This document shows, piece by piece, positions 19,363-26,047 of a stretch of DNA of 64,000 nucleotides. Origin of the DNA: a virus (Duplodnaviria; Caudoviricetes); the IMG/VR virus record IMGVR_UViG_3300047539_000078, positions 32,001 to 96,000 of that record. One strand, 5' to 3'. Position 1 is the first letter of the stretch; every line of letters starts with the position of its first letter. A program made the translations under genes and the position numbers. Below the pieces are notes generated by a model. That model searched no databases, was not told the DNA's origin, and worked only from the letters and a program-made list of their open reading frames with translations.

Positions 19363-19430
19363 GCGTCCCCGCACCAAAGGGCGCTTTCAAGCGCCAACCC
19401 ACCGGAAGTAGAAGCAAAATCTAAACATAC

Positions 19431-19506
19431 AGTCGGTTAGCTCAGAGGCAAGAGCACTACGTTTACACCGTAGGGGTCGAGATTTCAAAATTCTCACCGA
19501 CTACCA
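19431..19506 (+). tRNA. tRNA-Val(TAC)
   Basis: Cloverleaf, CTACG-TTTACAC-CGTAG, encoded CCA. Confidence 0.9.
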
Positions 19507-19515
19507 AGGACATTT

Positions 19516-20091
19516 ATGAGTGAGAGCCGGGTTTGGGTGATTTCAGACACGCACTGGAATCGCAACAAGATCAAGACGTATTGCGTGCGGCCACCGGGGT
19601 ACACCGAGCGGAGCATCCGCCTGTGGAATAACACGGTCAAGCCGGAGGATATGGTCATCCATTTGGGCGACGTGGCAATCGGCGGATACGACCAGGTGAA
19701 GGAAATCTTGGACAGCCTGCCGGGAACCAAGGTCCTCGTCACGGGTAACCATGATGAGAGCAAGTCGCTGACCTGGTGGATGCGGAACGGTTTTGTGTTC
19801 GCTTGTGAGGGGTTGGCTTTTCGGAATATCTGGTTGTCGCACAGACCAGCGTACCGGTTGCCGCCAGGGTGCCACCTGAATGTGCACGGTCATCTGCACA
19901 TCAAGCGGGAACACTGGAAGGTGATGAAGCCCTTCAACAAGCTGTTCGCGTTGGAGTATACGGATTATCGACCGGTGGTTTTCGACAAGTTCGTACAGTC
20001 ACCGTCGATTCGGGATTTGAAGTGGGAAGACCACCGTCCCGTGGAGCACGACCGCTTCATCGAGGCGCGAGTGCATCCGATTCCGTGGTAA
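19516..20091 (+). CDS. Calcineurin-like metallophosphoesterase inside the tRNA array
   Basis: SDTH, LGD, GNHD, SH, HGHLH. Confidence 0.85.
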   Translation: MSESRVWVISDTHWNRNKIKTYCVRPPGYTERSIRLWNNTVKPEDMVIHLGDVAIGGYDQVKEILDSLPGTKVLVTGNHDESKSLTWWMRNGFVFACEGLAFRNIWLSHRPAYRLPPGCHLNVHGHLHIKREHWKVMKPFNKLFALEYTDYRPVVFDKFVQSPSIRDLKWEDHRPVEHDRFIEARVHPIPW

Positions 20092-20176
20092 CCAAATTCG
20101 TAGGCAGGTTGAAATCCCTGTCTCGCAAAGCTGTGGGAGCCTGTTTGCCGGTTATCCAAACAGGTTCTCTACATTT

Positions 20177-20251
20177 GCCTGTGTCGTCCAAGGGCTAGGA
20201 CGCACCCTCGATAGGGGTGTCATGGTGGTTCGAATCCATCCGCAGGTACCA
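20177..20251 (+). tRNA. tRNA-Ile(GAT) with atypical C33/G38
   Basis: Cloverleaf, CACCC-TCGATAG-GGGTG, TTCGAAT T-loop, CCA. Confidence 0.7.
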
Positions 20252-20325
20252 TTAGGCAGAGATTCTGGCCAGACGCCAGATGGTCACAGTTGACCATCGT
20301 TTAACTAAGACGTTGCCTCCTTTTT

Positions 20326-20532
20326 ATGGAACAGCATGATTTTGTTGATTGGGCGGGAGTCGCCAGAATGCTCTTTGCTGGCTGGAACCCGTATCCCGAC
20401 AAGGCTTATTGTGAGAAGGTCGGCTGGTGTGTGAATACGGACGGCACCGTGGATACTCCGGGCGGAATCCGTATCCCGACGCGGGACCTTTTTGAAGTAA
20501 AGGAACTTGAGGCTCTATACAAGTTGGGGTGA
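20326..20532 (+). CDS. Hypothetical protein
   Basis: 68 aa ORF between tRNAs. Confidence 0.5.
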   Translation: MEQHDFVDWAGVARMLFAGWNPYPDKAYCEKVGWCVNTDGTVDTPGGIRIPTRDLFEVKELEALYKLG

Positions 20533-20555
20533 TGTGGACTTTTGAACGGTATTAT

Positions 20556-20630
20556 AGGCGGTTAGCTCAGTGGTTAGAGCGCGTCTCTCACACGGACGAG
20601 GCTCGGGTTCGATTCCCGACCTGCCTACCA
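20556..20630 (+). tRNA. tRNA-Val(CAC)
   Basis: CGTCT-CTCACAC-GGACG, canonical D and T arms, CCA. Confidence 0.88.
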
Positions 20631-20653
20631 AGAAGTTGTGGTATCATAGTAGT

Positions 20654-21046
20654 ATGAAAGACACAACTGGCATTGGTTCCGTAACTGAAGCTATGGTTTT
20701 GGCGGCCTTGATTCGCCAAGGGAAACAGGTTTACATCCCCTTTAGTGGGGACTCACGCAGCGATTTGATCGTGGATGGGGAAAGCGGTCTCATTCGCATT
20801 CAATGTAAGACGGGTCGGCTGCGTAATGGTTGCGTTGAGTTTCGCAACTATAGCCAAACAAGTGCGGGACTTCGACCGTATCAAAAGAAAGATGTTGATG
20901 TTTTCGGTGTTTATTGTCCGGCCAACGGGAAAGTGTATGTGGTTCCCATTGAAGAGTGTGGCGGACAACTTACGTTGCTTCGAATAGAACCAACGAAGAA
21001 TAACTACAAGAAGGGCGTTCGATTTGCAGTAAAGTACGAAGTTTAG
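20654..21046 (+). mobile_element. Free-standing PD-(D/E)XK homing endonuclease (I-Ssp6803I-like family)
   Basis: G...E...AL...G..VYIPF.....DLIVD.....RIQCKT...DVFGVYCP...VYVVP; AT-richer than flanks; own -10 6 nt before ATG. Confidence 0.8.
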
Positions 21047-21048
21047 TT

Positions 21049-21122
21049 GCGGGCATCGTATAGTGGTAATACACATGCTTGCCAAGCATGAGATGTGAGT
21101 TCGATTCTCATTGCCCGCTCCA
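21049..21122 (+). tRNA. tRNA-Gly(GCC)
   Basis: CATGC-TTGCCAA-GCATG, U73, CCA. Confidence 0.92.
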
Positions 21123-21197
21123 TCGTGGAATTAAGTAGTGGAGGCGACTTGCAACGCAAGTTGAACCTGAGAAGCTATGAAGTCCACGTAAACTTAT

Positions 21198-21272
21198 GCG
21201 GTACTTTGTCGGTCTTGGAGTCTAGACACGGGACCGGACGCAGGCCCGTTGAATGACGGGGGGACCGCTCCA
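21198..21272 (+). ncRNA. tRNA-sized element with a Gly-like acceptor stem, no D arm
   Basis: GCGGT...ACCGC-T-CCA; long central stem CGGTCTTG/CGGGACCG; CCCGT-TGAATG-ACGGG arm. Confidence 0.45.
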
Positions 21273-21274
21273 GT

Positions 21275-21566
21275 TTCTGTCACCCGAAAGGGTCGCTCGG
21301 TGCGGAAAGGGGCTGACACCGCAAGTTACAAAAGCCCGACAGATTGATTTTGTGTGCACCGTGCGGACCCTCACGCATATCGCGAGATGGGAAAAGCACC
21401 GGGATTAAGGCCCGAGATTCGACAGCCGAGAGGTTCGGCGGTGAACGGCCTAAAAGCCCGAACCGCTTGGTGGCGAAAGCCAACACCGACTGGCGCACGC
21501 AACTAAATTTATAAAAGGAAGGGAGTGGCAACACCAACCCTTCGGCGGGGCACTTAAAAATGCCCT
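21275..21566 (+). ncRNA. Candidate large structured ncRNA, GNRA-rich
   Basis: Many helices with GAAA/GCGA/GCAA loops, a pseudoknot-compatible pairing, no credible ORF. Confidence 0.65.
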
Positions 21567-21568
21567 AT

Positions 21569-21643
21569 GCCCTGCTAGCTCAGTGGTTAGAGCGCAGCCA
21601 TGACACGGCTGAAACAGAGGTTCAATTCCTCTGCGGGGCACCA
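21569..21643 (+). tRNA. tRNA-Val(GAC)
   Basis: CAGCC-ATGACAC-GGCTG, CCA. Confidence 0.9.
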
Positions 21644-21646
21644 GAT

Positions 21647-21720
21647 GCGGGCGTCGTACAATGGCAGTATAGAAGCTTCCCAAGCTTCGGATGTGGGTTC
21701 GATTCCCATCGCCCGCTCCA
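21647..21720 (+). tRNA. tRNA-Gly(CCC)
   Basis: GAAGC-TTCCCAA-GCTTC, CCA. Confidence 0.92.
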
Positions 21721-21784
21721 GAAGTCCCGCCAGTCTTCGGACTGGCAATGTCTCGGACCCGTGGAATGAGGATAACGGGCAAAC

Positions 21785-21858
21785 GCGGGGTTGGCATATA
21801 GGTTGTGCACCAGCCTTCCAAGCTGGACAAACGGGTTCGAGTCCCGTACCCCGCTCCA
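21785..21858 (+). tRNA. tRNA-Gly(TCC)
   Basis: CCAGC-CTTCCAA-GCTGG, CCA. Confidence 0.92.
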
Positions 21859-21934
21859 GTGTTCTTGTCGTTGACTAGGATGCCGCCCATAAGAGGGTGG
21901 AGCATCCTTGGTGGCGTCAAGGACACTTAAAATT

Positions 21935-22010
21935 GGTGCTGTAGAGGAACGGCTAACTCGTCTCCCTGTCACGGAGAAGATAGTGGGTTCGACACCCATC
22001 AGCACCGCCA
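21935..22010 (+). tRNA. tRNA-Asp(GTC)
   Basis: TCTCC-CTGTCAC-GGAGA, G73, CCA. Confidence 0.92.
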
Positions 22011-22012
22011 GT

Positions 22013-22083
22013 GTTCCTGTAGTCTAACCAGGACGCCGCTCCTTTGGGCGGAGATGTGGGCTTGACGCCCGCCGGGGACACCA
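22013..22083 (+). pseudogene. Degenerate tRNA, anticodon undetermined
   Basis: Acceptor GTTCCTG/CGGGGAC-A-CCA; 6-nt loop CCTTTG; non-canonical T loop CTTGACG. Confidence 0.6.
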
Positions 22084-22132
22084 GCCGTGACGTAGACTGG
22101 GGAACGGGTTTCTACGGCCAGGTTCCCCTTAT

Positions 22133-22207
22133 GGCCCACTAGTGCAACGGCCAGCACACTTGGTTCTCAACCAAGAGACGCGGGTTCAACTCCCACGTGG
22201 GCTACCA
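22133..22207 (+). tRNA. tRNA-Glu(CTC)
   Basis: CTTGG-TTCTCAA-CCAAG, CCA. Confidence 0.85.
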
Positions 22208-22405
22208 GCTTAGCGTGCCCCCATCAACGGGGGTGAGCAGGTGCGTTATCACCTGAGGCGAAGCCGACCTTAACGACGGCATTAGTCCCCTGCTGAAATG
22301 CAGGCGTAGCTAGGCACGATTTCTGAGATAGTAGGAAAGAGTATCTTGCGGGCTGGCTGATGGGTTCCGCATCTAAGTTCTACCTACTGAGTTGCATCAG
22401 CATTT

Positions 22406-22479
22406 GGCCCGTTAGTGTATAGGTAACACATGAGCCTTTCAAGCTCATTAAGCGAGTTCGAGTCTCGCACGGGCTACCA
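22406..22479 (+). tRNA. tRNA-Glu(TTC)
   Basis: TGAGC-CTTTCAA-GCTCA, CCA. Confidence 0.9.
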
Positions 22480-22487
22480 AATCCTCC

Positions 22488-22637
22488 ATGAGTCCCAAAC
22501 TTCACATCGTTTCCGAGGGCGGGAAGTTCGTCATCAAAGACGAGCAAAGTCACGCATACGGAACATACCCCACGAAAAAGCAAGCCGACGATACCGCGAA
22601 GCTGTGGCGGGATTACTACGAAGACCGGCACGCATAA
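22488..22637 (+). CDS. Small hypothetical protein (49 aa)
   Basis: MSPKLHIVSEGGKF...YGTYPTKKQAD. Confidence 0.5.
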   Translation: MSPKLHIVSEGGKFVIKDEQSHAYGTYPTKKQADDTAKLWRDYYEDRHA

Positions 22638-22676
22638 TTTCCTCCATGAATGTCCTATCCCGTGGTATCATAGGCT

Positions 22677-23225
22677 ATGCCTCGAATTTCAAACGCCTTT
22701 GACGCATACCGGTTTCTCCATGACCACCCCGCCTTCCGCCTATCCGAACGATCTGAAATCACGCTCAACGAAGCAGTCTTCCAACGGGAGATGGGATTTC
22801 TCATCACGAAGGATCGCGGCGGGCAGCATTATCGCGTGTGGCGTCACGTGCACCGCCGCGCCATTGCCGAGAATCTTGACATTTTCTATACGAAGACCGA
22901 CAAGCCAGGCGGGCACGGAACCGTCCAGGAAGACAAATCCAAAAACAGGCACGTCGAATGCTGGTTGGAGTTCGGTCCGCTCAGTTATGGCTATAGCGTT
23001 GATTGGGAAGATACGACCCGCCTGCAGCATGAACACGATTGGCGCTTGGACACGGGCGGGTCGACTTTCGATGAAGCAATCGTCAGCTTGGCGAGACTCG
23101 TCAAGAAATTCTACGGCGACTACAAGCTTGGAAAGCGCACTGACGATTGCGATACACCGATATGTGCCGATTGCTTGGAGACAGGGTTCATGGTAGAGCG
23201 CTTGGGCTTGGGGAAGAAGAAATGA
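22677..23225 (+). CDS. Hypothetical phage protein
   Basis: TGGTATCAT 5 nt before ATG; VECWLEFGP...HDWRLDTGGSTFDEAI. Confidence 0.7.
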   Translation: MPRISNAFDAYRFLHDHPAFRLSERSEITLNEAVFQREMGFLITKDRGGQHYRVWRHVHRRAIAENLDIFYTKTDKPGGHGTVQEDKSKNRHVECWLEFGPLSYGYSVDWEDTTRLQHEHDWRLDTGGSTFDEAIVSLARLVKKFYGDYKLGKRTDDCDTPICADCLETGFMVERLGLGKKK

Positions 23226-23375
23226 GCGGATATACCCACGATGAACTCGGCAACCTTATTCGCCGCGATTCCGAGGACAATCCCACATGCTCCAAATGCG
23301 GCGATTTTGTGTTCTGCGACGTGCCATGTTTTAGATGCTATCCGGAGTGGTATGCACGAAAAAGAGGGCAAATGA

Positions 23376-23642
23376 GTGAAGATTCTCACGACTTCAAAAA
23401 TTCGTCCGTCTTCCTGTCCGGCGTGCGGAAGCGATATCCAGCTTGTTCGAAAATGGCTATGGATTCAAGCACAAGTGGATGGAGCGTATGCCGCCACAAG
23501 TTGGCACACCTGGCGGGTGTTGGACGCCGCGAAGCCGAATGCAGAGTGGATGAAGGACATCGACATCCCGAAGCCCGGTTCCGACGACTTGGTCCTCACG
23601 GCCCAGGATGAGAAGATTCTTCGCCGTCTGATAAAGATATGA
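23376..23642 (+). CDS. Hypothetical protein with CPACG
   Basis: Operon position. Confidence 0.5.
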   Translation: MKILTTSKIRPSSCPACGSDIQLVRKWLWIQAQVDGAYAATSWHTWRVLDAAKPNAEWMKDIDIPKPGSDDLVLTAQDEKILRRLIKI

Positions 23643-23834
23643 AAAGTCCCGGCTGCCGACATGTTGGAGCATGAAGCCAGAGCTGCGTATGTCGGTGAAG
23701 GTAAAACCGTATTTTGGTCCGTGTTACGACCAATGGCATATCTTGAAATTCTGCAACATAGTTGACCCGGACAAGATGGACCTTTCGGTTCACAAGAAGC
23801 TCCTGAAGAGCCTCAAGATCAAGACGGATGATTC

Positions 23835-24576
23835 GTGAAAAAACTACAGCTCATCTCCGACCTTCACTCTGAATTCTATCGGGGGAAGGAAGAACAGCTC
23901 ATCGACGGCCTGCCTATCGCCGAGAAGCTGGACTTCCTCGTGGTCGCGGGCGATACCGTCGTCTTCGGGAGCCAGCCCGAGTACATCGTGGATGTCATTT
24001 TCTCCAAGATTTCCCGGATGGCCGAACGACATCCTGTTGGTCACCGGCAATCACGAATACTACAACTCCTCCAAAGTATTCGCGGAGGATGCACTGTCCA
24101 AAGCCCTTCGAAACTACCGCAACATCACATGGCTGGACAACGAGGGCCTCATACTCAACGGCGTGCGCTTCTACGGCGGCACGATGTGGTATTCCGCCGG
24201 GGACGGGCTGAACCAAATCTACGAACATCACATCAACGATTACAGCTTGATCCGCGATTTCAATTGGGCGGAGAAGGAAAACGCCGTGTTCACCGCCAAC
24301 GCGCTGCGTTTCGTCGATTCGAGCACGGTCGTCATCTCGCATCACATGCCTCATCCGGCATGCATATCTCCGAAGTATCGAAATTCCAATATCAATCGGT
24401 TTTTTACGTCGGATCAGACGGAAGTCATCACTTCCAAGCGTCCCCGCCTGTGGTTTGCCGGTCATACGCATGACAGAAGCGATACAACCGTTGAGGACAC
24501 CAGAATCATAATAAACCCGCTAGGGTACCCGGGTGAGAACCCGGGGCCATATCCGCAGGTCATCCTGGAGGTGTGA
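23835..24576 (+). CDS. Calcineurin-like metallophosphoesterase (frameshift near 24030)
   Basis: SDLH and AGD in one frame; GNHEYY, SHHMP, GHTH, NPLGY in the next. Confidence 0.85.
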
Positions 24577-24887
24577 TGAGACACCAACATGAGATACCGC
24601 CCTACAACGGGGAATCCGGGGAAACCATCGAGATGATGGTGCGGCTGCTCCTCGTCAACACCATAAACGAATGCGTGGGTCACCCCGTCATGGAAGTGAC
24701 GCGGTGGCAGATGGAGGTCATCGCAAAGAACCACTTAGAGCATTTGAAGTGTCTCGGATTCATTGACGACGGAAGTCAAAGCGAGGTCAGTGCCAGCCTC
24801 GACGGCATCCAATGCTCGGCTGCGATAATCGCGAAGTTCCTCATACCCGGCGAGATTGCATATCGGGAAGTGACCGTGCCGTGGTAG
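24573..24887 (+). CDS. Hypothetical protein
   Basis: GGAGG RBS, overlap with the previous stop. Confidence 0.55.
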   Translation: MMRHQHEIPPYNGESGETIEMMVRLLLVNTINECVGHPVMEVTRWQMEVIAKNHLEHLKCLGFIDDGSQSEVSASLDGIQCSAAIIAKFLIPGEIAYREVTVPW

Positions 24888-25118
24888 ACATCATCGCGGG
24901 ATGGGAGCGCAGAGACGGCATCTGGAACGGACCCTTCCCATTTGAAGGTTATGATAACTCAGTTCGGATGTGCGCTAATTGCGGAGCACATATACGCGAG
25001 TGCATGGGCTCGGTGAAGGTAGGCGACATCATGCCATCAATGGAAGGTAAACCGCTCACGAGATTTCCGCGAGAGTTGTGCTTCTGGTGCGCTACGCTGC
25101 GTTGTCACTGGGACGAAC

Positions 25119-25754
25119 ATGGAAACCTCATCCGAATCTAGCGCCGTCGATCCCGCAGCCATCCCTGAGAAGATGAGCCGTCCCCAGCTTGAGTGGTGGA
25201 TTCTCTTCACCATCGCCGTGGCCGGTAAGGGTGCCAAGCAGACCGAGAAGAAGATGCGGGCCTTCTTCGATTCGATCAAGATTTACGGATTCGACGATTT
25301 CCACGTCTGCGATACGAAGAGCCCGTTTGCTTTGGTCGAGTACCTCGTCCTCACGGACAAGCTCGACGACGCTTTGCGGCAGGTCAAGCTCGGAAAGTAT
25401 AAGCTCCTTGACAAAGGCTTCCGCGCTGCCATCAAGCTGGACCTCGACCTTCTCGAACGCTCCAAACCCTTGGACGCCCTCAAGACATTGTCCGCCATCC
25501 CCGGACTCGGACCCAAGGGCTCACGCATGATTTGCATGTACGCCTTTCCGGAACATGCCGACTACTGGGTCGTGTTGGACACGCACGTCCTGCGTTGGCT
25601 TCGCGAACAGGGCTTCGCCGCCCCCAAATCCACCCCGCCCGAGGGTCCGACCTACAAGCAGCTTGAACTGGACTTCAAGCTTCTCGCCAAGTCCCGTAAC
25701 CTCACGACTCGACAACTAGATACGGAAATATGGCTGAAGTACTCCCGCAAGTAG
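25119..25754 (+). CDS. HhH-family DNA glycosylase (OGG-like N-glycosylase/lyase)
   Basis: HhH motif IPGLGPKGSR with the catalytic Lys position, VLDTHVLRWL, Y..LE..F, LD..IW. Confidence 0.75.
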   Translation: METSSESSAVDPAAIPEKMSRPQLEWWILFTIAVAGKGAKQTEKKMRAFFDSIKIYGFDDFHVCDTKSPFALVEYLVLTDKLDDALRQVKLGKYKLLDKGFRAAIKLDLDLLERSKPLDALKTLSAIPGLGPKGSRMICMYAFPEHADYWVVLDTHVLRWLREQGFAAPKSTPPEGPTYKQLELDFKLLAKSRNLTTRQLDTEIWLKYSRK

Positions 25755-25783
25755 ACTTTCTTTCCCCTAGTTAGGGGAGAGAC

Positions 25784-26047
25784 ATGCCGATTCGGTTCAA
25801 ATTCCGCAGCGCACTTCTGAAGCAGGGGTATGGCATGGATACGAGCGGTGCCATCCAGGAGCAATCCGGCTCTGCGGCCAACCAGAAGAACATCCAGGAA
25901 TCGAACGGTTCGCAGCCGCAGGACGGGCACTCGTCCAACCCGGTCAACGGACCCAACTCGATGAGCGACTCCGAGGCATTTGAGGAATTTCCCGAAATCA
26001 ACCGTCCAAGCAAGATTCGGTTTCTCCCACCAAGAGGTCTGAAATAA
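25784..26047 (+). CDS. Small disordered hypothetical protein
   Basis: GGGGAG RBS; precedes the fibre-like gene. Confidence 0.5.
   Translation: MPIRFKFRSALLKQGYGMDTSGAIQEQSGSAANQKNIQESNGSQPQDGHSSNPVNGPNSMSDSEAFEEFPEINRPSKIRFLPPRGLK

Noticed and set aside
19378-19396. tRNA-Glu anticodon-arm remnant GGCGC-TTTCAA-GCGCC
   Set aside because: No flanking tRNA arms; treated instead as an alternative hairpin of the leader
20177-20251. tRNA-Ser(CGA) reading
   Set aside because: Shifting the loop breaks the anticodon stem, and there is no long variable arm
21219-21228. Amber-suppressor reading (CTA) of the tRNA-like element
   Set aside because: CTA lies in a palindrome without a 7-nt loop or D arm, and TAG ends many genes normally, so there is no sign of recoding
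21275-21566. RNase P, tmRNA or group I intron identity
   Set aside because: No GAGGAAAGUCC-type motif, no Ala acceptor or tag ORF, no recognisable P7 and no interrupted host gene
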